Notes: generated from the letters alone by a model not told the origin. A stretch of 64,000 bases of DNA from Adineta vaga (GCA_021613535.1 CP075496.1:124001-188000), one strand, 5' to 3'; counted from the stretch's first letter, positions 11,879-25,871 are shown. Numbers and translations: made by a program.

Positions 11879-12705
11879 ATCAAGTATTCAAGCAATACTA
11901 GATTTAATGCAAGAAAAAACTGAATGTTTACGACGTGATATTAGTGTTGAACAGTCATTAGTTGATCGGTTTGAATTTATTGATCAACAATGTCAAGATG
12001 CTTTTGACGAGTATTATGGTGATGAAACAAAACTTGTCGAAGAAATACAAAAACTCCATCTGATTACTAGACGAACACAGTTACAACAAAGAAAAGAAAT
12101 GAATATTTGATTATAATATTAAAATATATCTCGACCCTCTTTTGTTATAGTGGTTAGTTTCGAATATTTAATCAAACAATATAAAATGTTATAATTTTCT
12201 GTTTTTTTTCTCAAGAATATCGGTACTTTTGATTATTTTAGTCCTAACATGTGAGCTGACAGGTAAAGATGCGAAAATATCAAATAAACTTAAAATTCAC
12301 ATCTACATTCTAAGACTAAAACATCGTAAAGTCTATACTGTTGAGCGAGATAGACGATCGGATGGAATACAAATGACCACATTTACTGAGAAAACTAACG
12401 AATTTAATATATGACCACTTAGTGTGGCTTACATTTAATTGAAACAGATAATATATAACATAAAATTTAATATTCCAATTCAAATCCTTAGTATTTTGAA
12501 TTTTTACGTATATGTTCATTTTAACAATTAATTTACATATTAGTGAAATAAAAGAAGTATTGTTTAGATTAATCACTGTTTTATTTAATATATAGTTTGT
12601 TTAAACATGTTATTAAAAAGAAACAGTTGAAAAAACTTTCCCTTTAAAAAATCAAAATGATTATATGCTGTCGAACAATAATAAGAATAAAATATTCTCT
12701 TTTTC

Positions 12706-13256
12706 TTAAAGTGGTAAAATCCACATGATAATTGTCGCAGCATTCGAAGCAGCATTTGGACTACAACCAAGTCCAGGTGTCATACAACTTAATTCATATA
12801 AAGCATTTTCAATAACATCTTCAAGATAATCTGAATAATGATAATATTTATCGATGAGTTCCATTACTTTATCAATTCCAAAATAAGTTTTAATCCAATT
12901 AGGAAGTTTATTCCATCCTTTTAAAAGTGCTTGTCGTATAACACTTAATGCAAGTTTACCTAAATAAGGAAAATAATTCATTATATTAACATATATTTTC
13001 TTTGTTTAGATATTTACCTTTACCACGAGTTTGTGATCTATATCCCAATTCATCATTATCTAAACGTGATTGAATTTCAACTTTCTTTTCATCATTGGTT
13101 GTCAGATCGATATTTATCGACTGAATACCATAAATTCCTTGAAATAATATATAGTTTTACTTAAATACACTTATTGACTACTAATAACTTACTCTCTGCT
13201 TCAGCACAGACAAATGCTCCAATAATCAAGAATAAGTAAAATAATGCTGCTTTCAT
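12706..13256 (-). CDS. Small secreted precursor (signal peptide, acidic pro-region, amphipathic helical C-terminal domain), 3 exons, ~143-145 aa
   Basis: Exons 13256-13193, 13137-13018 (or 13024) and 12959-12706 are joined by phase-1 GT-AG introns. Sequence: MKAALFYLFLIIGAFVCA signal; ...QTR/GKGKLALSVIRQALLKGWNKLPNWIKTYFG...AATIIMWILPL. Confidence 0.75.
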
Positions 13257-14208
13257 ATTGATCAGTTTTGATAGTTGTGATTTGGTCACTAATGTTTAAC
13301 ATTGAAGTCTTTATATACGAGTGTAGTCTGTGACTAGAATAATGCTTATCAATTAATTTGGAATTTAGTATAAATTTACAAAGCTTAATATTAATTCGCT
13401 GGTTTTTCTTAGAAAAAGATCTAGTTTCATAGAATTCTATAAGATACACTGGTTTTAATTTGACTAATTTTCCTATTAGATTCCGTTTCATCGAAAAACA
13501 AGATGAAATTGAAAAGAAAAAATGTATTGATTTTGTCATATCAAATTTCTTCAAATCTGCGAAAAGAAAGAGAACGTCGAATAGTGTTGTTAAAAATTGA
13601 ATAGAGAAGTTTTAGATATTTATTTAAAACTTAAGAAATTCATCCACCTGTGTTCTTTCATTCTTACGAAAATTGAACTTTAAATCACCTTGATTAAGAA
13701 CGTTAACATATAACAAAGTCTTCGTTAATTATTTCTTAAGATTTGATATAATTCAAAGCAAATGTCGATGGAAATTGGTGTTTGATTGTTTATTTCTTTT
13801 TACGAAGATCTGTTAACCAAAATTTCACACATGAAAGTATGAATTTTACGTTTTCTTTCTTCACTTAGATTTCATAAAACCGAAAAGAGAATACTTTCTA
13901 ATGAATTTATTATATCAACGTTTGATTACGTTGATCTTGATATTAGCTGAAATTGCTCCCGATATATCATATTTTGACTTCGAATGCGCAGTGAAAATTT
14001 AGATCGAATTTATGAGAGAATATCATAGGAACATCTTATTTACATTATTTCTTTCGATTATTCATTTTCGAATAAGCTTTCAATGTAAATAAACTTACGA
14101 ATGCTTTTCGAAAAAGGATCAATATATTGAAAATAAAGAGATAAAAAACTAGCACGTGTTGTAATATATTTATATGTAGTTATTAGTAGAGTTTAAAGAA
14201 ATATTTTG

Positions 14209-15331
14209 TTAGTTTTCCTCTTCTGAATAATTATCATTAAATGTTGATGGTTTTGTATCTTGATTTGAACTAATCAATACAATATCACTGATACTAGCAC
14301 GACTGGTTTGACGACTACAAGGAACATGTACCGATGGTATAAATTCACTGGATGATCCAACATTATCATTTGAATGATAGAAGGAAATAGCCGGATCTAT
14401 AACACGTAGAAAAGGTGTTTTATCCAATCCGTTTAAGATGTGTGTCTCATTAAGATCAAGACCCATTTCTTCCAAAGCTTGAATTACTCGTATAGCATTA
14501 GCATCAGTATTTGAAGTAACTAAGAAAGTGCGTATTCGCCATTTATTATCCTCGCCCAATGCTTGACGAACGTTTTGTAATTTGAGAGCAAATGCTTGTA
14601 TTGGACCTTTAGCTAACAAACTTTGCTCCATTTGATGATCACATTGTTCAAAGTTTATTGGTTGAGGTTCTTCCAAAAAGAGTACACCATCTCCATCAAA
14701 AACAATACGAACTTGATCTTTACTCCATGATGAACTGTTAAATGTAGTATCTGCGGTAGTGACAGGATTATCTGAATGTCTTCATAACAAGTGAATGAAA
14801 TAACAGATATAGATAATACCTTTGAATAAATTTATCAACTTACATAGTTATAGGTTGAGCAGGTATCGGCACAGATACCATAGTATATACCAAACCAGCT
14901 GCTATACCTTGTAATGAATTCGAACTTCCGCCAGTCAGTACTTCTCTAACTTGTTCTTCTTCTGTAGATAAGAAGAGATCACATTCCCAAGATGGAAGGT
15001 ATTTTGTAACTTCTTCACCACATGTGAATGACGTTCGTGTAATCGAAAGTTTGTAATAATTGATAGAATTGATAATACGTTTTACTGACCCACCGTCGTT
15101 ACGTGAAACAAGCACAATATCGATTATTGGATTGTCCACGACTTCATTCAATTTTAATAATGATTGTACAAGTGGAAATCCAACACCCGGTTGGAGAGGT
15201 TTGTTAACATTTTCACGTTGATGGTTTGTGTATGCTTCAACTCCATCACGTTTCCATATTTCATGCGATTCACTGCAATCGAAAAGTGCAGTAGATGCAA
15301 TACAAACGACCAGCTTAATTGAAGATTGCAT
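14209..15331 (-). CDS. 5'-nucleotidase family protein (PF06189/cN-I-like HAD), 2 exons, 352 aa
   Basis: IASTALFD, PGVGFPLVQSLL, VLVSRN, QVRIVFDGDGVLF, GPIQAFALKL and IRTFLVT. A GT-AG intron at 14843-14780 joins the two ORFs in frame. Confidence 0.85.
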
Positions 15332-17439
15332 TCTAATTTCTATATCTTATTTTTCTAGAATGAACGAAATAACTTGTCACAGGAAATCTTAGTAGTCTAA
15401 CATTAACACAGGGTTTTTTGATCACAGAGAATAGAGTGTTGAAGTAAACTTTGATTTGATATACTATACGGCAAACGCGTAAAATGCGCATCATGTTGTT
15501 GTTAGAATAGAAGAAAATCTATTAATGCAATGAAAATGTTTCAACAAGATTTCTTTCCTTTTCTAACATATTGCGACAATGTAAAGTTCCGTCCACAGTT
15601 ACACATCCGAACACGTAACAAAAAACAGACTTTTTACGCGTAAAATATTTCTATTTTTTGCCTTCAGAGAAGGTTTTATTAAAAAACCATTTGCATTTCA
15701 ATTTATTCTTTCAAACTTGTTTACTAGAAAAAATTTCCCAATATAGTAGAGTATGCGCTCACTTCCTTTATTTCCTTTTCCGTCTATACTAATAGGAAAT
15801 AAGAAAATCAGTAAAATTTATTTGTTATTCCTTGTCTGACATACTACGTGCGAGAAATGTAGACATCGCGTCAATTTCCGTAGCAGTTGTCACCGAAGTC
15901 AATTAAGTTTCTCATTATCAAGGTATTCAGCCATGATAACTCATGATGTATACAAGTAATACTTATCGATATCTACGTGTTCTATGTCTAAAGGCATATT
16001 TTTTTAATCAAACCTAATGATTTTCGACAACTACAAACGCCTTTAAAAAAAACCAACATATATAATACTTCAATTATTTTTCATATATGCGTATTATATT
16101 TTTTCATTCGTCACCAATATCAAATAACGATGGGTCCTGAAGTAGACGATTATTAAATACACGAAAAGTTTATAAATACGAGTCTTAACAATTAATAATC
16201 AAAAGTTCATTTCTATATCTTTCTCCATCTTTTACCATCTATTCATTTTCATGTAGATTCACCTTAGTCTTTATTTACTTCCTCTGAAAAAAGTAAATTT
16301 TTGTCAAAAATTTTGAAATTGTGATAAATTCATAAGAAGGTAGTCCATCTTCAGATCTTTCAGAAATTATATGATTTTTTCTTAGCTCATTTGAATTTAA
16401 CTGGACTGAAATAGGTTTTTGAGTGAGCGGGGAGGCTTAATACAACGAAACTTAACACTAAAATGTATTGAAAAATGATGTTTTAATACATAAGAGAATA
16501 AAAACGAGCGAAATATTACATCATCTCTTGATTATTCTATGAATTGATTAGAAAGAAATGAAAATACATGATGTGTATTATCTTGAATATTTCGTCAAAA
16601 TCAGAAGAAAACAATCTGAGATACATTTATGATATGAAAGCGATAGATTTTAAGACCGAATTAGCCATCGCATGACTCAACTATACAACAAGCTTCATAT
16701 TCAAATAACTGCGAAAAAAGTTTAATTTCATTTGACAAATGCACTTTTACATGAATTAGATTTAATGAAAATAGAAAAACTAACAAATTGAAAAAATCTT
16801 CATATACCATCATCAGGATTATTTCCTCGACAGACTAATGTTACAATTGTTCAATTTTTCACATGAAAGTCTTTTATCCGTCATTGTCTACTTGAAAGGA
16901 GTTCATGACAGGGAACTCTAAGGGTCATATAGTACGGAATCTAGATCGACTGATCCAATCGAGAATAGAGAATATCAATTTGATATCAATTTTAATTAAC
17001 TATTTCTCTTTTTCGTGGATAAGAGTCTTACAAAAATAAATTTGTTTCCTTGTTTGTGAGTAATGTTATTTTTCACAAAGTGCATACATATTCATTTGAC
17101 ACGAACTTTTATGAAAAACATGCAACCGGTAACAAGGGTAACCAGTTAAAAATGTTCTCTATATAAAATATAAGAACTTCTTTTGATGTTCATTTATAAT
17201 TTATGATCATACTTTTTAAAAGTAGGTTAATTTTTAAAAGAATATTAAAAATAAATTAATTCATACTTCGAATAAAGATTCTCACGAGCAGAAAATTATT
17301 CATAATGGTTGATGTCCTCTAAATTAATTCATTTCATCAAAGAATATTCTGTACAAAGTATATTACTTTCTATTCTTTCATTTAAAAAAAAGTAACTATC
17401 CAAATCAATTCTAAATAAAACTCTTAGATTTTATACCAA

Positions 17440-18450
17440 ATGGCATCTGAACACTATTTATCATTCGATTATGTAATAAAACAATTATCTTATTATTATG
17501 GTATTCCAACATTTATCTTGGGATTAGTTGGTGCATGTCTTAATATCATTGTATTTCTTAGTTTGAATACATTTCGACAAAGTTCATGTGCATTCTATCT
17601 TCTTATTATGTCAATCTCTGATCTTGGTCGACTTTTATTCTTTTCATTACAAAATATTCTTTCGCTTGGATTTGATTTTGATTTTAGAAAATTATCAATT
17701 GCTTGTTGTAAAATAAGTTTTGGCGTTTCTGTAACTTGTATATTAATTTCAACAACTTGTTTATGTTTAGCAATTCTTGATCAATATTTTGCAACATCAA
17801 ATTATCAAAAATGCCGACAATGGTCAAATATCAAACTTACTCATTGTTTAGCAACAATTTTTGTTATTCTTTGGATTCTTCATGGAATTCCATATTATAT
17901 ATTTTATACGCATAGTTTTATATCAACAACAAATCAAACAGTTTGTCAATCTTCGAACGATATTTTTAGTCAATATGTAATTTATGGCCAAATTCTAACA
18001 TTGAGAAATTTAATACCGATTTTAACAGTGATATTTGGATTATTAGCTTATTATAATGCAAGAAATCTTGTACATCGAACAGTTCCATTAGTTCGTCGTG
18101 AATTAGATAAACAATTGACTGTAATGGTTCTTATTCAAATTCTTATTAGTTTTTCTACACATTTACCTTATTCAATTCAAACGATACATAAACAATTTCA
18201 TACAAATGAAAATGATAGAAATTTTCGAAAAAAAATGGATTTTGCAAGTACAGTTACTCTCTATTTTTCATTATTATCATATTCGGTAAGAACTATTTTA
18301 TTCTTTAGAAATTCGAAGTTCTATTTTTATCTTTAGACACCATTTTATACATATATTTGTGTTTCAAAACGATATCGACGACAATTTAAATATATTCTTT
18401 TGAAAATCTGTTCAAAACCAATTCGACAAAATGAAAGTGAAGCTTCATAG
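17440..18450 (+). CDS. Orphan rhodopsin-like GPCR, 2 exons
   Basis: GLVGACLNIIVF, CAFYL, CKI, AILDQY, RRELDKQLTVM. Intron 18286-18336, then TPFYTYICVSKRYRRQ to TAG at 18450. Confidence 0.88.
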
Positions 18451-18909
18451 AAAGTCTACTATTCTGATTCGTTGTTCTGTGATGTTTCTTCATTGAACGT
18501 TAATTCGTTGACAAATAAAACTAAAAGTATTTCTTTTGCTGTTAACTTTAATAACTGATGTGCAAGAGACAAAAGACAAAAATATACTTTTTAATTAAAT
18601 TTTATCAAAAGATTCATAAAAATAACAAAAAAGAAGTACCCTAGAAGTTCGAAAACTTCTTATTTCCACATTTATTGATGTTGAATCTTCAAGAAACTAT
18701 ATGCACAAAAATAAATTGAAATTTGTATAAGTTTTGTTTTATAAACGATTTATAGAGGGCGCTGATAAACATCGATATCTTCTTCTTTTCTTATAAATGG
18801 TTATTAACTTGTTTACACGCGTCCTTCACTGATTCGTTTTCGTCGTTTACTCTATATACCTTTAGATATAAATATCATTACGATAAACAGTTTTTTTCTA
18901 TCATATAAA

Positions 18910-19896
18910 ATGGCGAGTAAACAGTTAGTAACTATCGTTGGATCAACCGGTGCACAAGGAGGTGCTATTGTTCGATCATTAGTTGAAACTGGTAAATATA
19001 AGGTATTTAACTTTTTTGTTTTTTTCTTCTTCTTCATCATCTTTTTCATATATAAATAGATTCGTGGTTTAACACGTGATGCAAAAAGTGAAAAATCACA
19101 AGCAATTGCACGTTTAAGTAAAGATATTGAAATGGTTACATGTGATATTGGTAAAAAAGATGATGTTGAACGTGCATTCAAAGATTCATGGGCAATTTTT
19201 GCATTAACTGATTTTTGGGCACAACCGGATAAACCTGAAATAGAAATTCAACAAGGAAAATTAATGGCTGATGTTGCTGATTCTCTTAAAGTACCTTATT
19301 ATATCTATAGTACACTTGAAAATGTAGAAAAAATATCTGGTGGAAAATTAAATGTTCCACATTTTACACAAAAAGCTCAATTACGTGATTATATCAAAGA
19401 AAAACATCCAAATTTAAAAACAATCTATGTTGAACCTGCATTTTACATGCAAAATTGGCAAGGTTTTTCAAAAGTACAAAAATTAGATAATGGTACATTT
19501 GTATTTGCTCATCCAATGGATCAAAAATCATCATTACATATTGTTGATATCGAAGATACAGGTCCAATTGTTCGACAAATTTTAGAAAATCCTGATAAAT
19601 TTGTTGGACAAGATATTTGTATTTGTGGTGAAGAAATTCGTTTTGAAGATGTTCCGAAAGTCTTTACAAAAGTAACTGGTCAACCAGCTATATCAAAATC
19701 ATTAACAGAAGAAGAATATCGTGGTGCAACAAGTTTTCTACCTAAACCAGTTCAAGATGAAATTTTTCATATGTTTAAATGGTTTGAACAATATGGTTAT
19801 TATGGAAAAGATAAAGATTGGAAAAATGGACAACAACTTACAAAATTAAATACATTTGAACAATGGTTACAAAAAACCGGTTGGAAAGGTGAATAA
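18910..19896 (+). CDS. NmrA-like / HSCARG atypical SDR (NAD(P)-binding), 2 exons
   Basis: VTIVGSTGAQGGAIVRSL Rossmann motif in exon 1 (18910-19002), intron 19003-19059, then IRGLTRD, TDFW, EIQQGK, VPHFTQK, PAFYMQN. Confidence 0.9.
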
Positions 19897-20818
19897 AATA
19901 GACAAACGTTTTTTTTTATTGAAATAAAAAGTAGATTTTAGTAGAAGAATTTCATATTGTTTCTTTTTCTTTCAACAATATTTAATGATTAAGAAAGAAA
20001 ATCATACGAAAACTTTTTCTAAGAGAATGTTTGAATAAGAAGAATTGTACAATTGATATATCTTCAGAGAACAAATCAGAATTATTATGTGATTTAAATG
20101 ATGGAGTAAACGATTTTTTGATAAATATGATCATTGATCCTCGTACTCATGTAGAAAAACAAACAGTAACATTTTTTCATCAATGTGATGGATGTAATCG
20201 TGATATATTCTTATCAAAAGTACAAATTTATATTAATAAATATTATGATTTATCATCATTATGCAATATTCTAATAAATTCAATCAAACTGTCACTACTT
20301 TTCATTTATTACCATTATATAATGTCATTGACAATGAAATTAATTCGTTTCATAGTCGATCAATTATTGTTTGACGCTATAAATAATTTCACGATAAGTC
20401 GTAATACAATTAAACTTTTTGAAAGGAAGAAAACTTGTAAACAAGTGGAACATGTATCTGATGTTGATTCAGAATATTTCAGACATTCAAGCTCTATTTT
20501 CCTTCACCCTCTTTAATTGCATTTGCACTCATGAAGCCATTGGAAAGGATCTTTAGCTTTTATCTGATATATAAAAAAAGCATTTTAATTTGAATCTTTT
20601 GAATTGATAATATTCCAAGTCTTCAGTTAAAATTACGAGTCAACAAAGAGACAATAAGTTGTTTATATGATTTCAACAAATATAATTAACAAATGAAGAA
20701 TGTATTCAAGCATTTGTTTAATGAATAAACCCATTTGAAACCTTTTCGCTTTCGAATGCACTTATCTATAAAAGCATTTTGCAAATCTATTTTTTCAATC
20801 AGTGAAAAGAACCGTATA

Positions 20819-22341
20819 ATGAATACAAAATACTTACTCTTCTTTGTTATATTACAAATTTGTATTGTATATGGATCACATTTTCGTGGTGGAACATTTA
20901 CATGGTAAGTTCTATAGGAAAACTTTTCTTTCTTGAAATTTTCTCTTGTTGATAAGAGACCTTTGAATGCAACTCCATCTGGTAGTACAGCCGATTTTCT
21001 AATACGCGAAAGATTTTCATGGCGTAGCAGTTATAATTTTCCTGCTTATGGTATTATTTGTTATTGTGATGATACAACTATTGCTACTAGTGGTACAATT
21101 GGTGAGAATGATATATTACGATGTACTGCTGGTAGTTATTGTCCTTCTTGGAGTTATTTGAATACAACAACATTTTGTACAGATTACAGTACTATTCTTG
21201 ACGTTAGTTCGGGTGAAAAAACTCGAGTATATACATTACCATTAAATACTTCATTTACCATTTATTATTATAGTGGTAATTGGCTAAATGATCTTGTTAA
21301 AGGAGGTAATACAGTGTGGTATGTTGCAAATCGTGTTAGTACAAATCTTCGACCAGATGGTTATATTAATACCAGTCCTGTTGCTGTTACACTTCCAATT
21401 ATCTACAAAGAAATCAATATACAACATGTACATGTTATTCAAATGTCTGATTTTGATACTAATGATATCTTACAATGTCGATGGGCGAATGCAAACTTTT
21501 CTTATAATACAAATCAATATGATGAATGTGGTGGAATTTGTAGTGGTGTTCCAGGTGCTCTTCTTATTCAAGCAAATTGTACTATTGTATTTACGTTAAC
21601 AACGGCTGGACTCTATGCAGGAGTTGCATTGCAAATAGAAGATTTTTATGACACTGCAGCACAGATAGCCAATAAACCGATGAGTTCAGTTCCACTTCAA
21701 TTTCTCTTTTATGGCTATCCTGCACCAACTGGTTGTACAATGTCACAAAAAATCACTGGTAATCGACCTAATCGTGGTAAGTTTGCATAATACTATATAC
21801 TCTTTTATTCTTATTTTGATTTTTTTATAGCTTGTATTGGAATACCAATCGGTTCCAATGTTACCGAATATGTTATAGTTGAAACATATTGTCCAGGACA
21901 AACAATTGATAATTTTATAACAAGTAGTCCAATTGGAATGAAAAAAGTGCAATTCTCAATCCAAATCCAGGTCAGTTATGAATGAATTATTCGACTATAA
22001 TTATAAAATTTCTTTCCTTTCATAGGTATTTATCATTTGATTCTTAATTGGATTCCCGTATCTGCTCAATATGGTCCTGAACCATTTTGTGCGGGTGCTA
22101 TTGATAATAATAATCTACAATCCAATCAATGGTGTGTTACATTTTTAGTTGGTTTTGATTCACCAGATGTTATTCGACCAAAAGTTGTTCAAGGTTCCAT
22201 TTCTCCAATTGGTACTATTTTTCAAAATCACACAACTTTTTCATTTTAAAGTAAAACTTATTCGTCATTATTATGATAATTGAATGTGAATGTTTTTGAT
22301 TTTTTAGCAACAAAATTCGTTGGTCGTCCTAATCGTAATGA
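20819..22341 (+). pseudogene. Secreted Sib/'integrin-beta-like' family protein (SHFRGGT motif), pseudogene
   Basis: Signal peptide plus GSHFRGGTFTW, then NTSPV, D.D.D.L.CRWA, DECGGIC, YAGVALQIEDF and PMSSVPLQF. Lesions: first acceptor AG>AA (~20955), 1-bp loss in an A-run (~21941), TAA at 22247 and a Helitron insertion at 22341. Confidence 0.7.
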
Positions 22342-23784
22342 TCTTCTATATATATAAAGAAAAAAGTTTGTCTGTCTGTCTGTCTGTCTGTCTGTTCGCT
22401 ATGCATTCAGTCCCTGTAATAGCTACGGTCACCAAACTTTCCACAGTGCTTCCCCAGGTCCAGGGGAAGGTCGACATGGGGTTAGAATGGTCATCGGGGG
22501 GTGGGGGTGGGGAGCGTGGGTGAAATTTCACCCAGACAGTTCAATGATAGCTAACATTCCTAAACTTTCCACAATGCTTCTCTAGGCCCACGAAAAGGTC
22601 GACATCTACTTTATTCCGAAAAAAAATGAATTCTACGCTTCCTACAGGCAATCTATGAAACTAACCAATACAGTAGGATTGCAGCATTTCAAAAAATTAA
22701 AATAATTGATAGCGAAGGCGGCCGGAGGCCGTCTGAGCGCACATCTACGATAATTTACACGTTCCGTATCAAAATATCTTGATTTGAGGGTGGGAATCGG
22801 TGTCTGGGTGAAATTTCACCGAAGTCGTATTGAATTTCAATTGTCGTTATTTTTGGTAGAAACTTACAGAATATGCTCCGGTTTTGAGATTTTTTATTTG
22901 ATACTATTTATTTCTTGCAATAAATGTGACAATTAAAGGTTCTTTAATCTATATCTATCTATCTATAATTTATCTATATATATAAAGAAGAAAGTTTGTT
23001 TGTCTGTTCGCTATGCATTCAGTCCCTGTAATAGCTAATGTCACCAAACTTTCCACAATGCTTTTTTAGGTCCGGCGGAAGGTTGACATGGGGTTAGAAT
23101 GGTCATCAGGGGTTTGGAGGGGGGCGTGGGTGAAATTTCACCCAGGTGATGCTTTATAGGAATTTTTCGATCTCACTGATAGCTGGCGACACTAAAAGTT
23201 TCACGAAACTCCCCTAAATTCCACGGAAGGTCGAGACGAGGTTGCCACCTTCAAGGGGTGGGTGAAGGAGAATTAGTGAGAATTCATCCAGCGTCGATAA
23301 ACTGCCAGTTCCACGTTTTTCCCTGGAACTTTGAAGTGGGTGTGGGTGTCAGCATCCAAGATGGACAACTACAACGCTTGGGTTGGGTTCTTAAAAAAAA
23401 CTGAATCTGGAGTGGAATGACTACTCTGCCTGTATAGAGTCAAAGCGAAGTTTATAAACTAGAGAATGACTTGCAGCGAGCGTCTGAGAATAGACAGATC
23501 TACCGAGGGGCGAGAACTGCAGCGGGACAGTGGGTGTAGAATGGGACTAGAGTTGCAGCGGGACAGTGGGAGTAGAATGGGACTGGAGTTGCAGCGGGAC
23601 AGTAGGAGTGGATTTAAAAGGAACAGAGCATTATGTCGTATGGATAGCGAGACAAGACCATTAGAAAAGAATTAACGAAGAGAAGTGAAAATTTCTGAGA
23701 AAATCCCTGGTGCACGACGCGAAAAGCACTGTTGTAAATGGAAAACATAAATTATGCCCTCTTTGCAGCGGGTATCTCCGCTAG
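22342..23784 (+). mobile_element. Non-autonomous Helitron with duplicated 5' end
   Basis: A|TC start TCTTCTATATATATAAAG, (GTCT)n microsatellite, a second 5' end at ~22973 repeating about 170 bp, and a 3' hairpin AGCGG-GTATCT-CCGCT overlapping CTAG|T. No target duplication. Confidence 0.85.
23513..23610. repeat. 36-bp minisatellite (~2.7 copies) inside the Helitron
   Basis: GAGTTGCAGCGGGACAGTGGGAGTAGAATGGGACTG is repeated. Confidence 0.8.
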
Positions 23785-24048
23785 TATATATATATTCTTT
23801 GAACTCTTTCATTTTGTGTCAAAGTTTATTTTTCTATACAATCAAGTGTCATTGATATTTTTTAGTATTGTTGACAATTTTTTTTGCAATTAATTATAAA
23901 TTGTTTTAGTTTCACCTTTAGAAATGATTTATTGATATTACTTCTCTTTTCTTTTCAATTATGACTATTCCTTTTTTCTCACATTGAAATATATATATAT
24001 ATAAAGAATTGACTTTATATTTTATTCATTAAACATATTTTTGAATAA

Positions 24049-25182
24049 ATGTTTAATACAACTAATTCATTATCATGTGAAATTAATATTTGTCAAAATA
24101 ATGGACAATGTTTTCTCTTCAATTCATCTATCAATAATTTTACTTGTATTTGTACACGATGTTATACAGATTCTTTTTGTCAAACAGAAAAATATTCTCA
24201 AAATCTTTGGTATATGGGTATATCTGATGATAAACGTTTTTCAAATTATCAAATAATTGAAAGAATAATTGGTTTAATTATTTCAATTATTTCTTTGATC
24301 TGTAATTGTTTAGCATTACAAATATTTGTATGTAGCAAAACAATTCGTATAACAAATCTTGGTATTTATTTAATAATACTTTCATTATCATGTTTAATTA
24401 TTAGTATTCTTCGTGGAATATTTATTTCGATTGTAATTTTCAATAATCCTATTCAATTAGGAAACGTTTATTTTATATTTCAATGTGCTACAATACGTTT
24501 ATTTGCATCTTCAATTATTTGTTGTCTCTTTTGGCTTCTATTATACATTGCAGTAGAACGAATATTACTCGCTTATTCCTTTGTGAATTTGAATGATTCA
24601 AGAAAACGTTCAATTATTTCATGTATATTATTGTTTATTATAATACCAACGCTTACATTTTCGATAATCTTTTTTGGTTCAAAAAAAGGCAATACTTCAA
24701 CTGATTTTTGTCGATTAAATTTTACTTCAAAAGGTTATATTTTTTATTCAATCTTTCGTTGGTTTAATTATTTAATTGCACCAATAGCATCACTTATTTC
24801 ATGTATCTGTATTTTACATAATCTTATTCAACATCGATTGTATCTTACAACTCACAGCGAGACATTAGCTTCTTCAGTGAAACTAATTATTTCTAATCAT
24901 CAAGATTTCTTTATGGTACCATTAGTATTTACATTATGTATAATGCCATATTTTATCTTAACTCAAATTGTTACTTGTTCATCAGCGGATAATTTTATTG
25001 TTGGAAAATTAACAACAATATTTCAATTACTTTCAGATTTAGCTTTAATAATTCCATTTCTAACAACAGTTCTACCATCAAAATTATATATGGAACACTT
25101 TTGGGAAATATCTCATGTTGGAAGATTCTTAATTTATATTAAAACGAAATTATGTACTCATAATACTTCTATCAAGGATTGA
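24049..25182 (+). CDS. EGF-domain + 7TM orphan receptor
   Basis: CEINICQNNGQC...FTCICTRCYTDSFCQ EGF module, then seven hydrophobic segments with YIAVER at the DRY position. An upstream signal-peptide exon was not identified. Confidence 0.8.
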   Translation: MFNTTNSLSCEINICQNNGQCFLFNSSINNFTCICTRCYTDSFCQTEKYSQNLWYMGISDDKRFSNYQIIERIIGLIISIISLICNCLALQIFVCSKTIRITNLGIYLIILSLSCLIISILRGIFISIVIFNNPIQLGNVYFIFQCATIRLFASSIICCLFWLLLYIAVERILLAYSFVNLNDSRKRSIISCILLFIIIPTLTFSIIFFGSKKGNTSTDFCRLNFTSKGYIFYSIFRWFNYLIAPIASLISCICILHNLIQHRLYLTTHSETLASSVKLIISNHQDFFMVPLVFTLCIMPYFILTQIVTCSSADNFIVGKLTTIFQLLSDLALIIPFLTTVLPSKLYMEHFWEISHVGRFLIYIKTKLCTHNTSIKD

Positions 25183-25871
25183 CATAATCTACATCTTGCG
25201 GGTGAGGGTTTGAGTTTCAGTTCTCACCCACATCTTTAGTTTTGTTTTATTAAAATTAAGAATTAAGTCATGTAGAGAAAAAAATTTGACGGTGGGTGGG
25301 TGTGAATATATTGTATACTGTTGCTGAAAGATGTGGTTTTGCTTCTGCGAGTTCGTATTTGATTGTGTGCATGGTAGTGGGATACGGCAGGATCCAGAGG
25401 CCGGAACGACCGACCTAGACATAATTCATCAGAAAAGCGGTACCTTATCCGGTCGCTCGATCGTGTGCATGACGCCTTACTAAACACAAAGTAGCTTACT
25501 GTTACAAACTGCGTTTCAATTAGTTAGAATGATATCTATCAATTCTCACTCGTACTTCAGCCACTTTCCAAATGTAAGAATTAGTTTGGTCAATTTTATT
25601 TTCACAGAGAAAAGTAAATTTCTGATTGCTGCCAAGTCCTCTTAATTTTGTTTCGATTTATTTACCCTTATTTATACAAAGCATTCGATGGTATTAAATC
25701 AACACGCAAATTTCGAAACTGATAACATCAGCTAACCTTTAACTATCACTACTTAGTAGCAGAGAATGACAAAGAAAGATAAGGACTCCTTTCACACATT
25801 TTGCAGAGGAAGAAAACGGTTAGATTCTTATAAAATAGTGAAGTGGTAAACTCGTTATACTACGATCAAGT

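Noticed and set aside
11540-12110. PT-, HP-, VG- and CG-rich ORFs
   Set aside because: These are translations of the (CACACC)n array. The short coiled-coil-like tail (11890-12110) could not be assigned.
20031-20516. 161-aa ORF
   Set aside because: TTG start, AT-rich and no motif. Possibly a decayed fragment.
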